In this document: one piece after another, positions 51,066 through 59,864 of the stretch | How positions within the stretch are numbered: the stretch's first letter is position 1 | How the letters are laid out: the number at the start of each line of letters is the position of its first letter | From: Oscillospiraceae bacterium | Lineage (GTDB): Bacteria; Bacillota; Clostridia; Oscillospirales; Oscillospiraceae | Direction: 5' to 3' | Assembly: GCA_017561205.1 (NCBI GenBank) | Contig: JAFZDL010000037.1 | Location: 3,490 to 67,489 of the forward strand | DNA: 64,000 nt | Made by a program: the position numbers and the translations under genes | Notes under the pieces: model-generated | Told to the model about the DNA's origin: nothing | What the model saw: only the letters and a program-made list of their open reading frames with translations | The model's database searches: none

Positions 51066-51773
51066 ATGAAAAAAATTCCCTATCAGTCGTTTTTGCCCGT
51101 TTATTTGTTTGTTATGATATGCTTTTTAATGGTTGCGGTAGGGGGAAGTCGTGCAGTTACCGCCTGGACTGCATCAGCTCCCATTACAGGCAGAAAAACT
51201 GTGGTGATTGATGCTGGGCATGGAGGCGTTGATGGAGGCGCTACATCCTGCACCGGCGTTTTGGAGAGCCAGTTCAATTTGGAAATAGCAATAAAACTGA
51301 ACGATCTGATGCGCTTTTTGGGCATTCAAACCCTTATGATTCGGGAGACCGATTGCTCCGTTTATACCCAAGGTGAAACCATTTCGCAGAAAAAAATATC
51401 CGACCTGCGTGAGCGGGTCCGGATCGTAAACAGTATTAAAGATTGTGTGCTTATTAGCATTCACCAAAATCACTTTTCTGACAGTAAATACAGTGGAGCG
51501 CAAGTTTTTTATCCAATGACCAATGGAAGTAGAGAGCTTTCAACAAAGTTACAAGAAAATATCAAAAGTACATTAAATCCCGGCAGCCATAGAGGAATCA
51601 AAAAGGCTGACGGTATTTATTTGATGCAGCATATCAATTGTCCTGGGGCACTAATAGAATGCGGTTTTTTGTCAAATCCACAGGAAGAATATCTTCTGCG
51701 AAGTAAAGACTATCAACAAAAGATGTGCATTGTGATAGCCTGCACAGTTAGTACCTGGCTATGGGGTACTTGA
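51066..51773 (+). CDS. N-acetylmuramoyl-L-alanine amidase (Amidase_3, CwlD-like)
   Basis: N-terminal TM; DAGHGG, SIHQN and ECGFLSNPQE motifs. Confidence 0.88.
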   Translation: MKKIPYQSFLPVYLFVMICFLMVAVGGSRAVTAWTASAPITGRKTVVIDAGHGGVDGGATSCTGVLESQFNLEIAIKLNDLMRFLGIQTLMIRETDCSVYTQGETISQKKISDLRERVRIVNSIKDCVLISIHQNHFSDSKYSGAQVFYPMTNGSRELSTKLQENIKSTLNPGSHRGIKKADGIYLMQHINCPGALIECGFLSNPQEEYLLRSKDYQQKMCIVIACTVSTWLWGT

Positions 51774-51825
51774 CCTTCAAACAAACGGTTGATATAATAA
51801 AGAAAAAAACAAGGAGAAAACTCCT

Positions 51826-53193
51826 ATGGCTAAGACAAAAACTGTATTTTACTGCACAGAATGCGGAAATGAAAGTCCCAAATGGCAGGGTAGATGTACC
51901 GCCTGTGGCGCTTGGAACACAATGACTGAACATATTGAAAGGCCCACTCCTGTTGGGCGCGGTACAGTTGCGCCGGTTGGAATTAGTCGCACTGCGCAAA
52001 AACTAACTCAAATCAGCAGCGATGATACGCTGCGGTTTTCTACCGGTATGGGTGAATTGGACAGAGTATTGGGCGGTGGTGCTGTTGCCGGCAGCCTGGT
52101 ACTGGTCAGCGGTGCGCCCGGTATCGGCAAATCAACGCTTTTACTGCAGATCTGCAACAGCCTCTGCGCAGGCAGAACTGTGCTGTATGTATCCGGTGAG
52201 GAAAGCGAAAACCAGTTAAAACTCCGGGCTGAACGCATTGGTGTGGCACCGGATTCGCTTTACATTCTTTCCGAAATTCGTATGTCGGATATTCTGGAAT
52301 CCGTTGAAACGGTAAAACCGGATATTTTAATTGTTGACTCTATTCAAACCCTTTACAATGAACAAAATGACTCTGCGCCTGGTAGTGTTTCTCAAGTTAA
52401 GGACTGCACTATGTCATTGCTGCAACTGTCTAAATACAGTGGAATTACCGTGTTTGTGGTAGGTCACATCAATAAAGACGGCAATATTGCCGGTCCAAAG
52501 GTCCTGGAACATATGGTGGACTGCGTTCTGTATTTTGAGGGTAATGCCAATACGCCGTACCGACTGCTGCGGGCTGCTAAAAACCGCTTTGGTTCTACCA
52601 ATGAAATCGGTGTATTTGAAATGGCGGACAAAGGACTTGCTGAAGTACCAAATCCGTCACAAATGCTGCTGGAAGGCCGTCCTGAAGGTGCGCCCGGCAC
52701 TTGTGTTGCCTGTGTAATGGAAGGAACAAGACCTGTATTGGCTGAAGTGCAGGCTTTGGTATCAAAATCCAGCTTTCAGGTCCCCAGGAGGACCGCAGAT
52801 GGCTTCGATTATAACAGGGCAGTGTTGTTAATGGCTGTAGCAGAAAAGCGCGCAGGGTTAAAGCTAAGTGCTTTTGATGCTTATATCAATGTGATCGGTG
52901 GTTTACAATTGGACGAGCCGGGTGCCGATCTACCGGTGGCTTTGGCGCTGGCATCTTCTTACCGTGAGCAAGCTGTGGACAGCCAGTTAGCTGCCATCGG
53001 CGAAATTGGCTTAACAGGGGAGATCCGCTCCGTGTCTTATATGAATCAGCGGCTTGCAGAAGTGGCAAGATTAGGTTTTAAACGCTGTATTATCCCTAAA
53101 AACAGTGCAGAAAAGTTAGAAATTCCTGGTGATTTTACAATATATCGTGTTAAAAATCTTCGTGAAGCCATAGAAGTTGCTCTTTGCGAATAA
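51826..53193 (+). CDS. radA: DNA repair protein RadA/Sms
   Basis: C4 Zn finger, GAPGIGKST, KNRFG and Lon-like C-terminal domain. Confidence 0.97.
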   Translation: MAKTKTVFYCTECGNESPKWQGRCTACGAWNTMTEHIERPTPVGRGTVAPVGISRTAQKLTQISSDDTLRFSTGMGELDRVLGGGAVAGSLVLVSGAPGIGKSTLLLQICNSLCAGRTVLYVSGEESENQLKLRAERIGVAPDSLYILSEIRMSDILESVETVKPDILIVDSIQTLYNEQNDSAPGSVSQVKDCTMSLLQLSKYSGITVFVVGHINKDGNIAGPKVLEHMVDCVLYFEGNANTPYRLLRAAKNRFGSTNEIGVFEMADKGLAEVPNPSQMLLEGRPEGAPGTCVACVMEGTRPVLAEVQALVSKSSFQVPRRTADGFDYNRAVLLMAVAEKRAGLKLSAFDAYINVIGGLQLDEPGADLPVALALASSYREQAVDSQLAAIGEIGLTGEIRSVSYMNQRLAEVARLGFKRCIIPKNSAEKLEIPGDFTIYRVKNLREAIEVALCE

Positions 53194-53217
53194 CGCAAAG
53201 GGCAGGGGTGAAGCAGG

Positions 53218-54222
53218 TCAACCTTCGTCGACAAAATTCAGTTTTGATATTGGATTGGCCTCTGCTGCAATCTTCAGTTCTGTATTTTCAATATGCGTGT
53301 AGATCTGCGTGGTGTTTAGATTTTCGTGACCCAAAACTTCCTGTACCGTTTTTACATCCACACCACCGGACAGCATCATAGTTGCTGCGGTATGGCGCAG
53401 TTTATGGGCTGAAAATTGTGTTGCATCCAAACCGGCCTTTATGAACGTTTTTTTCACCAACGCGTGGACCGCATCGGTGCTGATACGGTTACCGTTGCGT
53501 GAACCAAACAATGCTCGATTATCGGTAAGTATCTGCTTTTGGCGAATGGGTAAATAGGCATCCAAGGCTTTTCTGCATGCTGCACCGAAATAGACAAAGC
53601 GCTCTTTATTGCCTTTACCAACTACACGTAGGCGATCTTCATATATATCGGTCATATTCAAGCCCACAAGCTCACTCCGACGGATACCGCAGTTAAGAAA
53701 TACCATCAAAATCGCATAGTCTCTAGCCTGATTTTGCCCAGAAACAGCTTTCAAAAGTGCCACTGATTGCTCCAAAGTAAGGTATTTTGGCAAGCTTTTA
53801 CGCAATTTTGGGTACTCAAGATCAGCTACAGGATTTTCTTGTAGTTGTTTGGTGCGTGTGGTCAGATATTTATAAAACGACTTCAATGCAGAGAGTTTTC
53901 TGGCCCGGGAAGTAGGGGAGATGCCGTATTCCGGAACCTTTGCATCCGGATCACGCACTCTATCCTTAGCCAAATATGACAGAAAATCAAACACATCTGC
54001 AGTTGTAACGCTGCCAATCATCTGCAGATCTACATCGTGAATAGGAATATCGTCCAATACAGTATGTATGGGCATGTCATTACGCATTAGTTTTATAAAG
54101 CGCAGAAACATACGCAGATCCAAGTAATATTCCTGTATGGTCAGCGATGATTGGCCTTTGATGGTCTCGTGGTAAATGAGAAAATCACGCAGAATCTGTG
54201 GACAATCGTGATATCTTTTCAT
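53218..54222 (-). CDS. Xer-family tyrosine recombinase (334 aa)
   Basis: Intact catalytic set: GIRRSE, GKGNKER, HKLRH, LGH and TQIY. Confidence 0.92.
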   Translation of the reverse strand: MKRYHDCPQILRDFLIYHETIKGQSSLTIQEYYLDLRMFLRFIKLMRNDMPIHTVLDDIPIHDVDLQMIGSVTTADVFDFLSYLAKDRVRDPDAKVPEYGISPTSRARKLSALKSFYKYLTTRTKQLQENPVADLEYPKLRKSLPKYLTLEQSVALLKAVSGQNQARDYAILMVFLNCGIRRSELVGLNMTDIYEDRLRVVGKGNKERFVYFGAACRKALDAYLPIRQKQILTDNRALFGSRNGNRISTDAVHALVKKTFIKAGLDATQFSAHKLRHTAATMMLSGGVDVKTVQEVLGHENLNTTQIYTHIENTELKIAAEANPISKLNFVDEG

Positions 54223-54237
54223 AAGTATACCTCCATA

Positions 54238-54258
54238 CGAACAAATGTACTAATTATA
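54238..54258 (-). promoter_or_regulatory. xer -10 box with an adjacent LexA-box-like site
   Basis: TATAAT (minus strand, 54253-54258) next to CGAAC-AAAT-GTAC, one mismatch from GAAC-N4-GTTC. Confidence 0.45.
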
Positions 54259-54273
54259 GAATATGGGTGAATA

Positions 54274-54780
54274 ATGATGAAACAGTATTTAATAAGGGTA
54301 TTGACTACATTTCTATTCTTAAATGCTTTGATTATTCTGACCGGCATATTCGCTTTCTTTGCGTCAAGAATTCTCTTTTTCTTAAAATTAGTTGATACAA
54401 CACTATACTTAATCGGTTCTGTTCCGGCAATCTTTATCATGCTATATGTCGCTTATTTGGCCCGTTGGGAAAACAAAGCCTCGAAGCAACAGTACGTTGA
54501 AACAACAACTAAATGCGATTATTCCTTAAAACGGGATTTTATTGAGACATTAAAAGCAAAAGAGAACATAGCGCATACACTGGCTTTTTTAACACTTGTT
54601 TTTATTAACAGCGTTGTTGCAGCAAGATCTGTTAGCACACCACTTGCAATTTTTATTATTAAGGTAGTAATCCTGTTGTTAATTCGTGGCCTAGTATTTC
54701 ATGTGTTCAATACCGTAGTATGGTGTTTTGTTCATAGAAAATGGCAAAAGAGCCGTTACGGATTGAATATAACCTCTTGA
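54274..54780 (+). CDS. Hypothetical membrane protein (about 4 TM segments), AT-rich
   Basis: 168-aa ORF with four hydrophobic segments; no recognised family. Confidence 0.65.
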   Translation: MMKQYLIRVLTTFLFLNALIILTGIFAFFASRILFFLKLVDTTLYLIGSVPAIFIMLYVAYLARWENKASKQQYVETTTKCDYSLKRDFIETLKAKENIAHTLAFLTLVFINSVVAARSVSTPLAIFIIKVVILLLIRGLVFHVFNTVVWCFVHRKWQKSRYGLNITS

Positions 54781-54815
54781 TTTGCCTTGTCACCTATATA
54801 ATAGCACATATTTAC

Positions 54816-54853
54816 TACCAACGCAACAAAATTTTTATTTTGTTGCGTTGGTA
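54816..54853. repeat. Perfect inverted repeat, candidate dif-like Xer site
   Basis: TACCAACGCAACAAAA-TTTTTA-TTTTGTTGCGTTGGTA; the repeat is certain, its function is inferred. Confidence 0.6.
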
Positions 54854-54925
54854 CAATTGTACACCATACAATGAACAATGTCTACCCCCTTCCGTCACGA
54901 ATTCTAGGTTTTTCTTTAGAATGGC

Positions 54926-54954
54926 TTGAATTTCCAAAATCCTTATGGTAGAAT
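54926..54954 (+). promoter_or_regulatory. SigA promoter of the antiporter gene
   Basis: TTGAAT-17 nt-TAGAAT with extended TG. Confidence 0.6.
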
Positions 54955-55025
54955 GCCAAAGGCGTTTGTCCACAATATAATATGAGCTCCTTTTTGGAGC
55001 CCAAATTGAAAGAAGGTCTTTCTCA

Positions 55026-56315
55026 ATGTCATCCTCTGCAATAATCCTGATCAGTCTTTCTGTTGCACTTCTCTCGGGTCTCCTTTTGTCGCGATTGGCA
55101 AAGCTGGTTCGACTGCCTGCAATCACCGCCTATTTGGTTGCCGGTGTGCTCATAGGTCCTTACATCCTGGGCACCTTCGGCATTCCCGGCCTGGGTATCG
55201 CACATAGCCAAATCGCGAGTTTTGGAATCATTTCTGATCTGGCGCTTGGCTTTATTGCTTTTTCTATGGGTAGTGAATTTCGTATATCTGCCCTTAAGAA
55301 AATTGGTAAGCAAGCTACTGTAATTGGTATTTTACAAGCGGTATTCACTACAATTCTTGTGGATATTGCGCTCATTTGTCTCCACTTTGCAATGCCCAAT
55401 GAACTTCCGTTACCTGCAGCTATTACCCTCGGTGCAGTTGCATCCGCTACCGCACCCGCTGCAACTTTAATGGTTATACGCCAGTATAAGGCCAAGGGCC
55501 CTTTAACAGACATCCTCCTCCCTGTCGTTGCTTTGGATGATGCCGTTGGTTTGGTGGTTTTCGCCATTTCCTTTGGTGTTGCCAAATCCATGAGCCAGGC
55601 TGCTGTTGGTTTAGCTGCTATTATTCTAGAGCCACTCTTGGAGGTCATGCTGTCCCTTCTCCTGGGCTTTATTATGGGACTACTGTTTACCCTTTGCGAA
55701 AAGTATTTCCACTCCAGATCTAAGCGTATGGCTGTATCCGTCACTTTTGTTATGCTTACAGTAGGCCTCTCCGGTTTGAAATTTCAAATCAGCGGCATTC
55801 ATGTAGGCTTCTCTTCCCTGCTGGCTTGTATGATGTTGGGTACTGTGTTCTGCAATATATGCAATTTCTCGGAAGAACTGATGGAGCGTGCTGACCGTTG
55901 GACAGCTCCGATTCTGATTTTGTTCTTTGTAATTAGCGGCGCTGAATTGGAATTGTCTGTATTTGCGGACGTTGCAGTTGTCATTATTGGTGTGGTATAT
56001 ATTGCATCCAGATCTCTTGGTAAATATATCGGCGCCGGATTCAGCTCTCGCCTTGTACAATGTAATCCGCACATTGTGAAGTATTTAGGCATCACATTAC
56101 TCCCCCAGGCCGGTGTGGCATTGGGTATGGCTATTAAAGCTGCCGAGCTGGGTACTAACGGTGCAATCGTCAGAAACATCACCCTATTTGCGGTTTTGAT
56201 TTACGAAATCGTTGGTCCCTATCTGACAAAAATCTCCCTTATCAAAGCCGGTGATATCAAAGAGCATGAACGCGTCAGCGCAAGAGATGTCGCCGCAAAA
56301 GAAAACAATAGCTAA
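55026..56315 (+). CDS. Cation:proton antiporter (CPA2 family)
   Basis: LPAITAYLVAG, ATAPAAT, VALDD and PQAGVA motifs; about 12 TM segments. Confidence 0.9.
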   Translation: MSSSAIILISLSVALLSGLLLSRLAKLVRLPAITAYLVAGVLIGPYILGTFGIPGLGIAHSQIASFGIISDLALGFIAFSMGSEFRISALKKIGKQATVIGILQAVFTTILVDIALICLHFAMPNELPLPAAITLGAVASATAPAATLMVIRQYKAKGPLTDILLPVVALDDAVGLVVFAISFGVAKSMSQAAVGLAAIILEPLLEVMLSLLLGFIMGLLFTLCEKYFHSRSKRMAVSVTFVMLTVGLSGLKFQISGIHVGFSSLLACMMLGTVFCNICNFSEELMERADRWTAPILILFFVISGAELELSVFADVAVVIIGVVYIASRSLGKYIGAGFSSRLVQCNPHIVKYLGITLLPQAGVALGMAIKAAELGTNGAIVRNITLFAVLIYEIVGPYLTKISLIKAGDIKEHERVSARDVAAKENNS

Positions 56316-56319
56316 GATC

Positions 56320-56352
56320 TCGGATGCACCGTCTTATGGCGGTGCATCTTTT
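56320..56352 (+). terminator. Intrinsic terminator
   Basis: gatgcaccgtc-ttat-ggcggtgcatc followed by a T-tract. Confidence 0.8.
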
Positions 56353-56471
56353 ATCTTGGAATCTCTTAAGTTTTCCTTATTCTATAATTTGCAGAACTTT
56401 CACTTTACAAGATAATCATGTGGTGTTAAAATTATTAAATATGATAATATGTTTTAACAGGAGGAATCCTT

Positions 56472-57443
56472 ATGAGTGTAAAGCGAATTGGAGTACTTAC
56501 AAGCGGCGGCGATGCCCCGGGAATGAACGCTGCTGTTCGTTCTGTCGTACGTACAGCTATGTTCCACGGAATCGAATGTTATGGCATTCGTCGCGGTTAT
56601 AACGGACTTATTTCCGGCGATTTAATCCGTATGGACGAGAAGAGTATTTCCCATACAATCAATCGCGGTGGCACTATTCTTTATACTGCACGCAGCAAGG
56701 AATTCATGACCGAAGAAGGTCAGAAAAAAGCGGTTTCTACCTGCAAATTCCTTGGACTGGATGGTGTTGTAGCAATAGGCGGTGATGGTACATTCCGCGG
56801 CGCAAAGGCTTTGTCCAGCCACGGAGTCAATGTTGTATGTATTCCTGCTACTATTGATAACGATATCAGCTGTACAAATTATTCTATTGGCTTTGACACA
56901 GCTGCAAATACTGCCATTGAATGCATTGACCGATTACGTGATACCATGCAGTCTCATGAACGATGCTCTGTTGTTGAAGTAATGGGCAGAAACGCGGGTT
57001 TCCTGGCTATGTATGTAGGTCTTGCTGTTGGCGCAACCGCTGTTTTAGTTCCAGAAAAACCTATAGATTTTGAGCAGGATGTGATTGAAAAAATTCGCAG
57101 GGCAAGATTTAATGGATTCACCCACTATATGATCGTTGTTGCTGAGGGTTCCGGTTCTGCTGCCGAGATCGCAACTAAGATTAAGGAAGCAATCGATTTG
57201 GACCCTCGGGTTACCGTTTTGGGCCACATTCAGCGCGGAGGTGTTCCCACCGGTCGAGATCGTGTAAATGCCACAAAAATGGGGTACTTAGCTGTTGAGT
57301 TACTACTGCAAGGCAAAACGAATCGCATCGTATGTACCAAGGATGGTCACTTTACAGATGTCGCTATCGATGAAGGTCTCAAAATGCAGCGTCGCATTCA
57401 AGATATAGAGGTCGATGTCCTGGCAGCAATGACTGGTATTTAA
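56472..57443 (+). CDS. pfkA: 6-phosphofructokinase
   Basis: TSGGDAPGMN, GGDGT, TIDND, EVMGR and LGHIQRGG motifs. Confidence 0.95.
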   Translation: MSVKRIGVLTSGGDAPGMNAAVRSVVRTAMFHGIECYGIRRGYNGLISGDLIRMDEKSISHTINRGGTILYTARSKEFMTEEGQKKAVSTCKFLGLDGVVAIGGDGTFRGAKALSSHGVNVVCIPATIDNDISCTNYSIGFDTAANTAIECIDRLRDTMQSHERCSVVEVMGRNAGFLAMYVGLAVGATAVLVPEKPIDFEQDVIEKIRRARFNGFTHYMIVVAEGSGSAAEIATKIKEAIDLDPRVTVLGHIQRGGVPTGRDRVNATKMGYLAVELLLQGKTNRIVCTKDGHFTDVAIDEGLKMQRRIQDIEVDVLAAMTGI

Positions 57444-57456
57444 TATGAACCACTCA

Positions 57457-57528
57457 CCTCCCTGGTTTTTGCCGGGGAGTTTTTATATGCAAAAAACCTA
57501 TCGTACACTTAATGGACGATAGGTTTTT
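57457..57528. terminator. Two terminator hairpins between convergent pfkA and xerD
   Basis: ctccctgg...ccggggag plus T-tract; aaaaacctatcgt...acgataggttttt. Confidence 0.7.
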
Positions 57529-58400
57529 CAAGCCTTGGGATGACATTTTTTATAGACCTTATTTAATTTCTGGTTGATCAGCTGGGTGTACATCTGCGTA
57601 GAAGAAATATCACAGTGTCCCATCAGTTCCTGCAAGGAGTTTAAATCAGCACCATTCTCCAAAAGATGGACTGCGAAGCTGTGGCGCAACGTATGCGGTG
57701 TAATTTCCTTCTCAATGTGCGCAGCGGCCTGATAATGTTTAAGAATCTTCCAAAAGCCCTGGCGGCTCATACGGGAACCATTCACATTCACAAACAACGC
57801 TGTTTCCTCAGAAGCCGCAAGCATAGATTCGCGAATATCTCTTATGTAAATTGTCAACGCTCTGAGTGCGGCCGGGTACAGTGGTATCATACGTGTCTTT
57901 TTTGCGGCAGTACACTTAACGACACCCAATTCGAGATTTACATCATCAATGTCCAGATCAATCAGCTCTGTAACGCGAACGCCGGTAGCGTACATAACCT
58001 CCAGCATGGCCTTATCTCGGAAACCTTTTGCGTCTACACAAAGAGGTTGAGATAACAGTAGCTCAATTTCACGGCCGGTTAGAATCTGAGGAAGTTTCTT
58101 TTCGCCATGGTCAATATGAATATCTATAACCGGTGTCTTCTCACAGAAACCGGAAGATACCAAATAGGCATAGAAGTTCTTTAAGCTTGCCAGTGTTCTG
58201 GAAATAGTCGCTGCAGATCTTCCGTCCTGCTCCAAATGCTGCAGGTAAGCGCTAATATTCAGTTGGGTAGCATCTGCAACCTCTGTCCCCAGCCAATCAG
58301 CGAATTGGCGAATGTCACGCATATAGGAACTGATGGTGTTGGCAGAGGCCTGTTTTACCTTACTCAGGTAATTTTCGTAGGCTTTGATTAAATCCAACAT
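57528..58400 (-). CDS. xerD: Tyrosine recombinase XerD/RipX-like
   Basis: RDKAMLEVMYATGVRVTE, SRQGFWKI, TPHTLRHSFA and TQMY motifs; downstream of a spoIIM-like gene. Confidence 0.85.
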   Translation of the reverse strand: MLDLIKAYENYLSKVKQASANTISSYMRDIRQFADWLGTEVADATQLNISAYLQHLEQDGRSAATISRTLASLKNFYAYLVSSGFCEKTPVIDIHIDHGEKKLPQILTGREIELLLSQPLCVDAKGFRDKAMLEVMYATGVRVTELIDLDIDDVNLELGVVKCTAAKKTRMIPLYPAALRALTIYIRDIRESMLAASEETALFVNVNGSRMSRQGFWKILKHYQAAAHIEKEITPHTLRHSFAVHLLENGADLNSLQELMGHCDISSTQMYTQLINQKLNKVYKKCHPKA

Positions 58401-58418
58401 ATAATTACGCGAACCCTT

Positions 58419-58940
58419 CTAAAGTACTTTAATAAGATCACCAACAAAGGGTGATACGAGAAGTAAATCTAAAATGTAAATAAAGCAGCTTATACCAAGC
58501 GCAAAGCAAATATGTTTTCGGGGATGTCTTCCTATATTTTCCTGAAGCAAAAGCCACAACACCAAAACAGATGAGCACCCGGATGAAAAAAGCAACAACG
58601 GTCTTACTATCCAGGCGGAACTACCAAAAGCAATATTAATAGCCATTCCGCAAAAACCGTGAGATACAGTACACAAAAAAATTAGCAAATAGGCAATCGG
58701 AGAAACAGGAAAAAGAACAGCTATTGCTGAAAACACAACAGGTAATACACAAACAAGAAACAGACTCACTGTTGATGGTTTCACGGATGCAACATTGGAC
58801 AGAACCTCAGCGGAGTCGTAGGGTGAAAGGGCGCACAAAAGCACACCAGCCAAAAGTCCTATCACCCAAACCAAGATCAGTAAGAAATCACGCTTACCTG
58901 TCTGGGGATAAAAATGTTTGAATACCCACTTTGAATGCAT
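58419..58940 (-). CDS. Membrane protein, probable divergent SpoIIM
   Basis: About 5 TM segments, GGAGG RBS; spoIIM-xerD synteny is common in Clostridia; sequence resemblance is weak. Confidence 0.5.
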   Translation of the reverse strand: MHSKWVFKHFYPQTGKRDFLLILVWVIGLLAGVLLCALSPYDSAEVLSNVASVKPSTVSLFLVCVLPVVFSAIAVLFPVSPIAYLLIFLCTVSHGFCGMAINIAFGSSAWIVRPLLLFSSGCSSVLVLWLLLQENIGRHPRKHICFALGISCFIYILDLLLVSPFVGDLIKVL

Positions 58941-59297
58941 ACAGACCCAACCTCCGTAATATGTAAGCAGCGATTTGGTGATTTGGCGCGAAGAAAGTAA
59001 AAATGGGCATAAAAACCCCAAAAGTCGGTATGCTTGATTACTATACACCAAATCGTTGCTAAATTCAAGTGAAAATAGTATATTTTTTCATTTTTTGTGA
59101 ATTATGCATATTTTTATGTTAACATTATTATGTAAACTGTCATTGCATACATTGAATATATATGCATTTTCAAAAATACATAACAATATATAGTAATTTA
59201 CCTTTTTGTTCCGTACTACATATTGAGAACGCAAGAAATTCTGCATAAACACAGCTCACACTTTCTAAACTTTTGAGCCTTGTGAATTTTGTACAAT

Positions 59298-59723
59298 CTA
59301 TAAGGCAATTTTTTTATGTTTGTACCGGTTGCCTTTTGGTGCTTGCAGAATTATAAGTGCAACTACTCCGCCAACAAGCACAGAAATTACACCTAAGAGA
59401 AAGTTCTTAAAGCTACCATTAAAGAACACAATTCCAATTCCGATCAGCATAATCAAATATACGGACGCAATTATACCAATCAATATTAAATAATCGCGCT
59501 TTAATATGGATCCACCAATTAATGTTCCCGCCAACACAGAGATTGCTCTTAAAACAAAAATAACTCCACTTGCAAGTTTCTCACTCAGATTGCCTTTTAG
59601 CACCAAATTCGAAACCGCCACAGTCAGCAGTACACTTAACAACAATGCCACAGTAATACCTATAATGATCGCTGTTGATTTTGATCTGCCATCTTTCGAA
59701 ATTCTAAGCTTGTTTCTTTTCAT
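59298..59723 (-). CDS. TIGR04086-like 4-TM membrane protein
   Basis: Four Gly-rich TM segments with basic termini; GGGGAGG RBS. Confidence 0.6.
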   Translation of the reverse strand: MKRNKLRISKDGRSKSTAIIIGITVALLLSVLLTVAVSNLVLKGNLSEKLASGVIFVLRAISVLAGTLIGGSILKRDYLILIGIIASVYLIMLIGIGIVFFNGSFKNFLLGVISVLVGGVVALIILQAPKGNRYKHKKIAL

Positions 59724-59764
59724 AGTCCCCTCCCCTTTCTGCTTAATGCTATTCTCCATAAAAG

Positions 59765-59862
59765 CAAAAAAGAACAGGGACGGCAGAACTGTCCCTGTTT
59801 TGGAGTATAAATTAAAAGAAAGGCAGGCACGTTTGTGCAGGCACGTTTGTGTCTGCCTTTTG
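59765..59862 (-). terminator. Two tandem terminator-like hairpins downstream of the clpX-lon-engB unit
   Basis: aacagggacgg-cagaa-ctgtccctgtt and aaaggcaggcac...gtgtctgccttt. Confidence 0.7.
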
Positions 59863-59864
59863 CT

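Noticed and set aside
54238-54815. Weak inverted similarity flanking the orphan membrane gene, suggesting an invertible cassette
   Set aside because: The match is short, gapped and AT-rich, and is explained by promoter -10 elements
53218-58400. Two tyrosine recombinases as the ends of an integrated element or invertible segment
   Set aside because: The interval holds housekeeping pfkA and an antiporter; I saw no att repeats or phage/conjugation genes, and xerD is in its usual spoIIM context
59823-59851. Tandem repeat as a CRISPR remnant or SCIFF peptide gene
   Set aside because: No spacers, only two 14-bp units, and no frame gives the SCIFF Cys pattern
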